39,008 bases of DNA from Methanosarcinaceae archaeon (GTDB lineage Archaea > Halobacteriota > Methanosarcinia > Methanosarcinales > Methanosarcinaceae), in NCBI GenBank assembly GCA_003565715.1, contig PXAV01000019.1, positions 1 to 39,008 on the forward strand. The letters run 5' to 3'. The translations under genes were made by a program, and so were the position numbers. Shown in pieces: positions 17,873 to 26,661 of the stretch. Below the pieces are notes generated by a model. That model had not been told where the DNA came from. It saw only the letters and a program-made list of their open reading frames with translations, and did no database searches. The first letter of the stretch is position 1. Every line of letters begins with the position of its first letter.

Positions 17873-18688
17873 ATGATTCAGTTAAACAATGTAAGCTACT
17901 GCTACAATGAAAATGACTATGCACTTGATTCGGTCTCCCTGGAAATAAAAAAAGGGGAATTCATAGGAATAGCTGGAAGGAATGGCAGTGGAAAATCCAC
18001 TCTCATAAGACTCATAAACGGTCTTCTGCTTCCATTGCAGGGAAATGTCAATGTCATGGGTATGGATACAATGGACAATGATTCTATAATTGGCATACGT
18101 AAGATAGCAGGTATGGTGTTCCAGGACCCTCAATCACAGTTCATTGGGATGACCGTTGGGGAGGATGTTGCATTTGGTCCTGAGAACCTTGGCCTTTCAC
18201 ATGAGGATATATGTGGTCGTGTAGACACATCCCTTAAAGCTGTAGGTATGTACATATATAAGGATCACACTCCAAGAGCACTGAGCGGCGGCCAGAAACA
18301 AAAAGTAGCACTTGCTTCGATTCTCGCTATGGAGCCCGAATTAATATTGTTTGACGAGGCAACCTCAATGCTTGATCCTGTTGCAAGTGAGGAAGTGCTT
18401 AAACTTATAAAACAACTGCATAATAAAGGAGTTACTATTGTATATGTGACTCATCGACTTGAAGAACTTATTTTTGCTGATCGTCTTATTATAATGGATA
18501 AAGGTCGCATAATTCATGATGACAATCCAAGGAAACTTCTAAACGAGGAGAATATCCTGGATTCTGGTATATATCTCCCTCCTATAATTGAACTCTCAAG
18601 GAGATTATGCTCTGAACAAGTCATAGAACCTATCCGTTTGCCAATATCAAGGGAAGAACTAATGGAGGCTTTATGTCAATTAATGTAA
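17873..18688 (+). CDS. ECF transporter ATPase (EcfA type)
   Basis: [29 protein letters not shown] and LFDEATSMLDP motifs. Confidence 0.9.
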   Translation: MIQLNNVSYCYNENDYALDSVSLEIKKGEFIGIAGRNGSGKSTLIRLINGLLLPLQGNVNVMGMDTMDNDSIIGIRKIAGMVFQDPQSQFIGMTVGEDVAFGPENLGLSHEDICGRVDTSLKAVGMYIYKDHTPRALSGGQKQKVALASILAMEPELILFDEATSMLDPVASEEVLKLIKQLHNKGVTIVYVTHRLEELIFADRLIIMDKGRIIHDDNPRKLLNEENILDSGIYLPPIIELSRRLCSEQVIEPIRLPISREELMEALCQLM

Positions 18689-19512
18689 AGGACTTATCTT
18701 TTTGTTATAATAGGGGTACATCACTTCAAAGAGATGCCCTTGTAAATGTAAGTTTTTCTATCGATAAAGGTGAGTTTGTTCTTATAGGTGGAGAGGTAGG
18801 TTGCGGGAAGACAACTCTGCTGCGCCATATGAATGGTCTTCTGAGGCCACATTCTGGTTCTGTCACAGTGGACGGATTGGATGCAGGTAATAAAAAAATA
18901 AGATCGAAAGTTGGTCTTCTGCTACAGCATCCACAAAAACAACTGTTTGCAAAAACTGTCTATGAGGATATAGCCTTTGCACCTTCAAATATTGGCTTTA
19001 AAGATAATGAGCTAAAAGACCATGTAAGATATGCAATGGACCTTACAGGGATTGATGGATCAATTTCCTCAGTATCTCCTTTCAGTCTTAGCGGAGGAGA
19101 GATGAGACTTGTTGCGCTTGCAGGTGTAATGGCAATGAAGCCTGAATATCTCTTACTGGATGAGCCCACCTCAGGTCTTGATCCTGAGAACCGCTCTATG
19201 ATGCTCAAAACACTTAAGGAACTGCAAGCATCAGGAGTCACAATCATCATTGTATCCCATCAGATATCAGAAATGATATCATTTGCAGAAAAGATAATGA
19301 TGTTAAATAGTGGATCGATCGATTTTATTGGTACTCCAAAGGAATACATTTTTTCTACTTCGTCCTCTTTACAGCTTCCGGATATCACTTCCCTGATGAA
19401 GGATCTTAAGACTGCAGGTATGGATGTGAGCGAAGATGTTTTTTCTGTTGACGATGCTCTGCTGCAGATAAAAAAAGCCCTCTTGAACGTGGATGGTAAA
19501 AGAAATGAATAG
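18673..19512 (+). CDS. ECF transporter ATPase (EcfA' type)
   Basis: GEVGCGKTT, PFSLSGGEMR and LLDEPTSGLDP motifs. Confidence 0.9.
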   Translation: MSINVKDLSFCYNRGTSLQRDALVNVSFSIDKGEFVLIGGEVGCGKTTLLRHMNGLLRPHSGSVTVDGLDAGNKKIRSKVGLLLQHPQKQLFAKTVYEDIAFAPSNIGFKDNELKDHVRYAMDLTGIDGSISSVSPFSLSGGEMRLVALAGVMAMKPEYLLLDEPTSGLDPENRSMMLKTLKELQASGVTIIIVSHQISEMISFAEKIMMLNSGSIDFIGTPKEYIFSTSSSLQLPDITSLMKDLKTAGMDVSEDVFSVDDALLQIKKALLNVDGKRNE

Positions 19513-20278
19513 TCTTTTTTTGTCATTCGTTCCAGGAGATTCATTACTTCACAGGCTTGATCCACGTACAAAGCTAGTTGCCCTTATGGTCGCAAGCATA
19601 TACATCCTTAATTTATCCTCACTTGCACACATTTTATTTTTTACATTTCTGTTCATGTTCCTGGCAACTATGTGCAAGATACCTTTTATGCACTTTATAA
19701 GGTCTGTAAGGCCAATGCTCTTGTTCTTTGTATTGATCTTCCTGTTGCAACTTCTGTTTACAGATGGTACTCATACATTCCGGATAAAATGGTTAACTGT
19801 AAGCTATGAAGGCCTTATACTTGGTACACTACTTGTATCACGTTTTGTTTTCCTGTTGCTCTTTGCAGCATTACTTACAGCGACTACATCTCCTTCTATG
19901 ATAACTACAGGGCTTGAGAGACTTCTGCGTCCCTTGCCACTTAGATATCTGGGTGTCTCATCACATGACATAGCAATGATGATGTCTTTTTCAATTTATT
20001 TTGTGCCATTGATGTATGATAATTTCAAAGATCTGAAGGATGCACAGCTCTCACGTGGACTTAATGTTAAGAAAAACCCTTTCAAAACCATATTAGCTTT
20101 TTCTGTACCTCTCATTAATAATTCAATTCGTTCAGTAGAAGATGTTTCCCTTGCAATGGAAAGCCGTTGTTACCGTGGTACAGGACGTACGTCGGTACAT
20201 ATAATGGCATTTAAAGGTATGGACCTTATTGTGTTATCGTCCTTGGCTATTTCTTCATTTTTTTATTTAATAAAGTAA
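19505..20278 (+). CDS. ecfT: ECF transporter transmembrane component EcfT
   Basis: HRLDPRTKL, AQLSRG and AMESRCY motifs; alternative start at 19493. Confidence 0.9.
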   Translation: MNSLFLSFVPGDSLLHRLDPRTKLVALMVASIYILNLSSLAHILFFTFLFMFLATMCKIPFMHFIRSVRPMLLFFVLIFLLQLLFTDGTHTFRIKWLTVSYEGLILGTLLVSRFVFLLLFAALLTATTSPSMITTGLERLLRPLPLRYLGVSSHDIAMMMSFSIYFVPLMYDNFKDLKDAQLSRGLNVKKNPFKTILAFSVPLINNSIRSVEDVSLAMESRCYRGTGRTSVHIMAFKGMDLIVLSSLAISSFFYLIK

Positions 20279-20447
20279 TTTCGGGGTATATTCATATATA
20301 AGAATAAGCAATATTAGCAGAACTTAAACATTTTCGGTTTAGCAAAAATCATTCTCAGGTCTTAAATGCATTTATGTGTTCATTCATTAACATTTAAATG
20401 CGGATGAAAATATAGGATTTGATATTTTTGCTATTAAGGTGATTTCT

Positions 20448-21572
20448 ATGTTAGATAATGTATTGTCGATTATAAGAGGCGTTCTCATGGAATCATGGCA
20501 TCTCTTTGAAGAGGCAGCACCTTATCTTTTTCTGGGGTTTGTTGTTGCAGGGATTTTACATGCTCTTGTCCCGGATGAAAAAATACTCCGGTATCTGGGG
20601 GAGTCTGCAGGTAAGTTCAGATCAGCTTTCAATGCATCGATAGTTGGTATCCCTCTTCCTCTTTGTTCATGTGGTGTGGTCCCCACGGCTCTTTCACTGA
20701 AGAACAGAGGAGCTACCAAAGGTGCAACACTTTCATTTCTTATATCTACACCGGAAACTGGCATTGATTCTGTAGCTATAACCTATGCGTTGCTTGATCC
20801 TGTCATGACAGTGTTCAGACCTGTTGCCAGCATGTTCACAGCGCTTGCAACTGGGATAACGGAAAATATCCTTGGTCATAGGCCTGATGAGGGAATAAAA
20901 ACATTCTCTTCCAATGGTCAAAAGAACAGCGTCAAAAAGAAAAGTATGGATATAATACCTTTAATGGCATGCAATGAAAGCTCATGTTCATGCAATCCTG
21001 ACCTTCCAAAAATCGAAGGCTTGTCTATTATCAAGAGGTTCAAGGAAGCATTCAGGTATTCCTTTATTGAACTTCTTGGAGATATATCAGGATGGCTGAT
21101 GTTAGGTATACTCCTTGCAGGGATCATATCCTATCTAATACCTGCTGACCTGATCGGTGATTATCTTGGAGGGGGAATTTTCTCTATGCTCATAATGCTT
21201 GCTGTGGGAATTCCACTTTACATATGTGCCTCCGCCTCTACACCACTTGCCGCTGCATTGATAGCAAAAGGTATGAGCCCTGGTACGGCTTTTGTGTTCC
21301 TTCTGGCAGGACCTGCTACCAATGCAGCAACCATAACTATGGTTGCAAAGTTTCTGGGAAAGAGAAGTGTTACTATCTATCTTGGAATGATAGCAACATG
21401 CTCACTGGGATTTGGTCTCCTTCTTGATGCAATTTACTTTAAAATGGATATTGAAGTAAGCTCTATCGTTGGCAGTGCAAGCGATATGATTGCTCCCGGG
21501 ATAAAAAGTGCATTTGCTATTCTACTTATTCCTTTCATTATCTATGGGATATACAAGCAGAAGTTTGCTTAA
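20448..21572 (+). CDS. SO_0444/DUF318 (ArsP-like) metal efflux permease
   Basis: PLPLCSCGVVP, FLISTPE, PLYICASASTP and FLLAGPATN motifs; SD AGGTGA favours ATG 20448. Confidence 0.88.
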   Translation: MLDNVLSIIRGVLMESWHLFEEAAPYLFLGFVVAGILHALVPDEKILRYLGESAGKFRSAFNASIVGIPLPLCSCGVVPTALSLKNRGATKGATLSFLISTPETGIDSVAITYALLDPVMTVFRPVASMFTALATGITENILGHRPDEGIKTFSSNGQKNSVKKKSMDIIPLMACNESSCSCNPDLPKIEGLSIIKRFKEAFRYSFIELLGDISGWLMLGILLAGIISYLIPADLIGDYLGGGIFSMLIMLAVGIPLYICASASTPLAAALIAKGMSPGTAFVFLLAGPATNAATITMVAKFLGKRSVTIYLGMIATCSLGFGLLLDAIYFKMDIEVSSIVGSASDMIAPGIKSAFAILLIPFIIYGIYKQKFA

Positions 21573-21619
21573 ATGAAGCTCAAAGATAAATGCTGACCGA
21601 AACTATATATCCTCTGTCA

Positions 21620-21841
21620 TCATTTCTTTTTATGCAGTTCTTTTGAGAGGGCCTTTGTAACCTTCTCTTTGAACTCATCAACAATTATCCCATTTTGCTC
21701 AACCGGATAAGTTAGATTCTCTGATGTCTCTTTATCGGTATCTTCCTGTAAAGGTATACTAACGATTTTTCCAAGGGTATCATTATTTTTTATCCGCCCA
21801 TTCCTCCAGGAAAAGTCATCGCTTTTTGTCATAAGTACCAC
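21620..21841 (-). CDS. Small hypothetical protein, about 70 aa
   Basis: Non-overlapping ORF with charged composition and a TATA-like TATATAAG upstream on the minus strand. Confidence 0.45.
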   Translation of the reverse strand: MVLMTKSDDFSWRNGRIKNNDTLGKIVSIPLQEDTDKETSENLTYPVEQNGIIVDEFKEKVTKALSKELHKKK

Positions 21842-21860
21842 ATGCTGTAGTTCTTGATAC

Positions 21861-21884
21861 GGCTATTTATTTACTTATATAGCC
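21861..21884. promoter_or_regulatory. ModE-box-like palindrome overlapping a TATA element
   Basis: GGCTATTTA-N6-TATATAGCC. Confidence 0.35.
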
Positions 21885-21959
21885 AGGAACCATTAACTAT
21901 ATAAAAATAATTCCTTATAGTATATACACTTTTTGAACAATAGTTACACAGGAGTTCTA

Positions 21960-22501
21960 TTACCTGTCGATGTCCTTCCAGATTAGGACTTCAGTGGGTT
22001 TAATGGTTGCAAAGACTTTGTCTCCCTCTTTTAGATTCAATCTTTGCACAGTTTCAGAAGTGATTATTGATGTGAGTATTGAAGGTTCAACATCAAGCAT
22101 AAACTGGTAGCAAGCCCATTTTCATCCACACTAACAACCTTTGAAGGGATCTTATTGCGTGCGGATATAATAAAGCCGATATTCTCCCATGAACTCCCAT
22201 CTTCCATTGTCTGACCGAGAAATTTCCTTTTCATCTCATATTCATTTATATCCCTGCGTCCCTATTCTATAAGGAGTATGCCCTGGTCGCTTCCCCCTCT
22301 TGCTGTACGAACAGCATCTCTACTAATCCTTTCACTCATTTTGTTCAACACATTCCCAGCATGATTTTCGGATAGGTTCATTTTTTACAGGCTTTGCGAA
22401 GTTAATCCTTCCTCATCAATTGTCTTGAGAAAGGCAACCTTGCCTTCTCATATGATGGGTTTCCTATCTTATGTAAGCCAAAACTTTGTTTTAGTTTCCA
22501 T
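21960..22501 (-). pseudogene. modE: Decayed ModE-family regulator (wHTH plus TOBE/molbindin domain)
   Basis: Spliced translation METKTKFWLT*DRKPII*EGKVAFLKTIDEEG/LRKACKKMNLS...RTARGGSDQGILLIE*GRR...ISARNKIPSKVVSV.../LTSIITSETVQRLNLKEGDKVFATIKPTEV; at least three stops and two frameshifts. Confidence 0.85.
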
Positions 22502-22631
22502 TATTATATCTCTTTGATATCATTTATTAGACATATTGGGTTAATTATTATTTTCTGGCTTGATAAAAATGCATATATAGGTTTTTATTTATAGTGTACA
22601 CTAAATCATATTATCAAAAAAGAGGTTTTGT

Positions 22632-23249
22632 ATGAAGATATGTATCATATTCTACAGTCTTTACGGTCACAACTACAAAATGGCAGAAGCAGTTGCACAG
22701 GGAGTAAGGGAAGTAAAAGGTGCAGAGGTTGAGATATATCAGGTGGAAGAAACCTTATCTTCAGGGATACTTGATAAGATGGGAGCCACTAGTTCCAAGA
22801 AAGAATTTGAACATATTCCAATTGCAACCGCAAAGAGTTTAACAGAGGCAGACGGCATAATATTTGGAACTCCAACAAGGTTTGGAATGATGGCTGCACA
22901 GATGCGTGCATTCCTTGACAGTACTGGAAGTATCTGGTCAAAAGGTAGTCTTATCGGCAAAGTGGGAAGTGTTTTCACTTCAAGTGCCACACAACACGGC
23001 GGCCAGGAGTCAACTATACTTAGCTTCCATACAACTCTTCTACATCATGGTATGGTCATTGTGGGCGTCCCCTATTCTGATAAAAGACAATCTATCCTCT
23101 CTGATATTACGGGTGGCAGTCCATACGGTGCCTCTACTATAGCAGGTAGTGGTGCCAATACAAGAAAGCCGAGTCAGAATGAGCTTGATATCGCAAAATT
23201 TCAGGGAAAACATGTTGCAACTATCACAAAGAAACTTTTGGGAACGTAA
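22632..23249 (+). CDS. wrbA: WrbA-type NAD(P)H:quinone oxidoreductase flavoprotein
   Basis: YSLYGHN, GTPTRFG, TQHGGQEST and GGSPYGA motifs. Confidence 0.93.
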   Translation: MKICIIFYSLYGHNYKMAEAVAQGVREVKGAEVEIYQVEETLSSGILDKMGATSSKKEFEHIPIATAKSLTEADGIIFGTPTRFGMMAAQMRAFLDSTGSIWSKGSLIGKVGSVFTSSATQHGGQESTILSFHTTLLHHGMVIVGVPYSDKRQSILSDITGGSPYGASTIAGSGANTRKPSQNELDIAKFQGKHVATITKKLLGT

Positions 23250-23340
23250 TCGAATTTTCTTTTTACTTTGAAAGTGTTGATAGTTGTATGGAATATTATG
23301 TGATATTTAATTCACATAACCTTCAAAAAACATGGGAGTT

Positions 23341-23895
23341 TCACTGATATGCAATGTCAAGCATCCATCTAAGGCTTTCGATCCCATGATATGAAGCAAC
23401 AGTAATTAGTATTGTCCATATGAAAAGACTGATCATCATCCAGAAGACCACAGGGTACTTTTCAGAACCAAGGCTTAGGGCAATCAATGCAGCAAAATGT
23501 GTTCCAAGTATCAACGGTCCCATCATTGCAACTCCTGGCAATCCGTAGTTGTTCCACAGACTAATTGCTTTTTTTCTCCTTTTGGAAGGAACATGAGCTT
23601 TCTCTGGGCTATCTTTGTTCACTCTGAACTTTTTCCATAGGGTATGCAAGGCTTGGTGTGCAAATATTAGAAGAAGGACGGTTGCCATGTTTCCTGTAAA
23701 TGCCAGAAAAGAAACTATAAAAGGGTCAAGACCCATTGCAATTGCGGGTGGTATCACTATAAGTATCTCAAACCATGGAACAGCTGCCAGTATGAATACC
23801 AGGGCGTAGGCAGTAAAACCCATAGTCGTGTTCAATGTACCAGGGTTTAATGTTCCAGTCTCGATCATTGACAATAATTGTTTTAAGGGTGACAT
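23341..23895 (-). CDS. Small multi-drug export family membrane protein
   Basis: AAVPWFE..VIP, GN and YGLPG motifs; four to five TM helices. Confidence 0.75.
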   Translation of the reverse strand: MSPLKQLLSMIETGTLNPGTLNTTMGFTAYALVFILAAVPWFEILIVIPPAIAMGLDPFIVSFLAFTGNMATVLLLIFAHQALHTLWKKFRVNKDSPEKAHVPSKRRKKAISLWNNYGLPGVAMMGPLILGTHFAALIALSLGSEKYPVVFWMMISLFIWTILITVASYHGIESLRWMLDIAYQ

Positions 23896-23982
23896 ATAAT
23901 TTTTGTATTTTTACTTGCCAATGCAAAAAGCAAAAATACTAACAGCCAGATAATTGGCAACAGTAATTTTACGTGATTCAAT

Positions 23983-26661
23983 ATGGAAAAGATAACCCCT
24001 GCTATGCAGCAGTATTATGCAGTCAAGGAAGAGCATAAGGACGCTCTCATATTCTTCAGGATGGGAGATTTCTACGAGTCCTTCGGAGAAGATGCGAAGA
24101 CCATTGCAAAGGAGCTTGATATTACCCTTACCACCAGGGGGAAGGGTAGAGAAGGGGAAAAGATGCCACTTGCAGGTATCCCGTATCATGCAATTGACAA
24201 CTATCTTCCACGGCTGGTTAAAAAAGGTTATAAGGTTGCAATATGTGAGCAACTTGAAGACCCAAAGAAAGCAAAAGGTGTTGTCAAAAGAGGGGTAGTG
24301 AGGGTTGTTACCCCGGGAACTACAATGGATTCTGCAATGTTCCATGAGGCATGGAATAACTATCTTATGGCCCTATATGGTGAAAAGGGACAATATGGAA
24401 TTTCCTTTCTAGATATATCTACTGGGGAGTTCCTCGTAACACAATTCACAGACAGTGAACCTTATGACAGGATAGCAAGTGAGGTTGCACGCATGGGTCC
24501 ATCTGAGTGTATCATGCCATCTTACCTTCTACAGGATGCCTGTCTGTCTGATCGTTTAAGGGAAATGAATGTCATTATCCATGAATCTGAGGAGAATAGC
24601 TTTGATATTGGCAAGGCTGAAGAGGTCCTTAAAAAACATTTCAGAGTATCCACTCTGGATGGAATGGGTTTTAATGAGCTCAAATCTGCTGTTTCCTCTG
24701 CAGGTGCAGCTCTGAGCTATGCCACAGATACCCAGATGAGGGAACTTTCACAGGTGCAATCCATCAAGACATATTTTGATTCCGATTTCATGGTGCTGGA
24801 TTCAATCACCCTTAGAAATCTTGAGATCATAAAGAATGTAAGGGGAGAGGGAAACTATTCCTCTTTAATAGGTGTACTCGACAAAACAAATACACCCATG
24901 GGAAAGAGGCTCCTGCAGAAATGGCTCCTGAAGCCTCTTATATCAGTCGATGCTATCAATAAAAGACTAAATGCTGTTGCTTGGCTCTATGATAACACAC
25001 TTGTACGCTTTGACATCCGTGCTCATCTTGCATCTGTAAAGGACATGGAACGACTTGTTGGCAGGGTCATGTACGGTAACTCAAATGCAAGAGACCTTGT
25101 GGCTTTAAAACGCTCTCTTGAAGCTGTTCCTCTTCTCCTTGATTCTTTACGGGAATGCAAGGAAGTGGTTCTTCTTGGGGATATAGTGTTACAATTATCC
25201 TCTTTCAGAGAACTTGATGAGCTTGCTGGACTTATAGGCAATGCAATAGTTGAAGAACCGCCCTTAAGTGTAAGGGATGGAGGCATGATAAGGTCTGGCT
25301 ACAATGAACAGCTGGACGATCTTTTGGACATGTCAAAAAATGGTAAGCAATGGATTGCCAGGTTCCAGCAAAAGGAGCGTGACAGAACAGGTATCAAGTC
25401 TTTGAAGGTGGGCTACAACAAGGTATTCGGTTATTATCTTGAGGTCACAAAGGCCAATATATCCCAAGTCCCTGATGATTATATAAGAAAGCAGACCATG
25501 ACAAATGCAGAGAGGTTTTACACTCCTGAGCTGAAGGATCGTGAAAGCGCCATCCTGTCTGCAGAAGAGAAGATAACAGCCCTGGAGTATGATCTGCTAT
25601 GTGAGGTAAATTCCACAGTTGCACATCACTCCGGAAAATTACAGGAGATAGCCGTTCTTATCGGCATGCTGGATGTGCTTTCTAACCTGGCAGAAGTTGC
25701 TGCAAACAACAACTATGTAAGACCTGCGATAACTCCGGACACCCGGATACTCATAAGGGATGGCAGGCATCCTGTGATTGAGGGCACAGTTCCAGGTGGT
25801 TTTGTTCCAAACGATACGGAAATGGACTGCTCCGAAAACCAGTTTCAGCTTATAACAGGACCTAACATGGCTGGTAAGTCCACATACATGAGGCAGATAG
25901 CCATGATAGTGATAATGGCACAAGCTGGTTCTTTTGTTCCTGCATCTCATGCTTCTATTGGTATTGTTGACCGTGTGTTCACAAGGGTTGGGGCATTTGA
26001 TGACCTTGCAAGTGGACAGAGTACCTTCATGGTCGAGATGGTAGAACTTGCAAACATACTTAACAACGCCACTCCCCGGAGTCTGGTGCTGCTGGATGAG
26101 ATAGGCAGGGGCACCAGTACATATGATGGCTATAGTATTGCAAAGGCTGTTGTGGAATACATCCACAACAAAGCAAGGGTGGGTGTGAGGTCGCTGTTTG
26201 CAACACATTATCACCAGCTTACTGATGTAGTAACAAACCTTAAGCGTGTGAAAAATTATCACATTGCTGTAAAGGAGGACGGGGACAACCTTGTATTTCT
26301 TCGCAAGATAGTTCCCGGGGCCACTGACAGAAGTTATGGTATCCACGTTGCAAGGATTGCGGGTGTACCACATGCTGTAACTACCAGGGCAAGAGATATA
26401 CTCAATGATATAGAGAATGAGTGTTTCATAAGTGCTGATGGTAAAAAAAGCAGGAAAAAACAGCGCAGTAGTGCCAAATATACTCAACTGATATTGTTCG
26501 ACCAAAGCGCTTCATATGCTGAGCCGGGAAATAATGATGTTAAAGATCCTGTGCTTGATGAAATTGAGAACATTGATCTGAACTCTATGACTCCAATTGA
26601 GGCACTTAACAAACTTAGCGAACTAAGGGACAAATTATGTGGAGGCGAAATTAAGGAATGA
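23983..26661 (+). CDS. mutS: DNA mismatch repair protein MutS (MutS1)
   Basis: TPAMQQY, FFRMGDFYE, TGPNMAGKST, STFMVEM, LDEIGRGT and ATHYH motifs. Confidence 0.98.
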   Translation: MEKITPAMQQYYAVKEEHKDALIFFRMGDFYESFGEDAKTIAKELDITLTTRGKGREGEKMPLAGIPYHAIDNYLPRLVKKGYKVAICEQLEDPKKAKGVVKRGVVRVVTPGTTMDSAMFHEAWNNYLMALYGEKGQYGISFLDISTGEFLVTQFTDSEPYDRIASEVARMGPSECIMPSYLLQDACLSDRLREMNVIIHESEENSFDIGKAEEVLKKHFRVSTLDGMGFNELKSAVSSAGAALSYATDTQMRELSQVQSIKTYFDSDFMVLDSITLRNLEIIKNVRGEGNYSSLIGVLDKTNTPMGKRLLQKWLLKPLISVDAINKRLNAVAWLYDNTLVRFDIRAHLASVKDMERLVGRVMYGNSNARDLVALKRSLEAVPLLLDSLRECKEVVLLGDIVLQLSSFRELDELAGLIGNAIVEEPPLSVRDGGMIRSGYNEQLDDLLDMSKNGKQWIARFQQKERDRTGIKSLKVGYNKVFGYYLEVTKANISQVPDDYIRKQTMTNAERFYTPELKDRESAILSAEEKITALEYDLLCEVNSTVAHHSGKLQEIAVLIGMLDVLSNLAEVAANNNYVRPAITPDTRILIRDGRHPVIEGTVPGGFVPNDTEMDCSENQFQLITGPNMAGKSTYMRQIAMIVIMAQAGSFVPASHASIGIVDRVFTRVGAFDDLASGQSTFMVEMVELANILNNATPRSLVLLDEIGRGTSTYDGYSIAKAVVEYIHNKARVGVRSLFATHYHQLTDVVTNLKRVKNYHIAVKEDGDNLVFLRKIVPGATDRSYGIHVARIAGVPHAVTTRARDILNDIENECFISADGKKSRKKQRSSAKYTQLILFDQSASYAEPGNNDVKDPVLDEIENIDLNSMTPIEALNKLSELRDKLCGGEIKE

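Noticed and set aside
21960-22501. Recoded (Pyl/Sec/programmed frameshift) functional ModE
   Set aside because: It has TAA, TGA and TAG stops plus two frameshifts, too many lesion types for recoding.
25639-26505. 288-aa antisense ORF inside mutS, and other long shadow ORFs
   Set aside because: Entirely antisense to well-conserved genes with no recognisable motifs; explained by codon bias.
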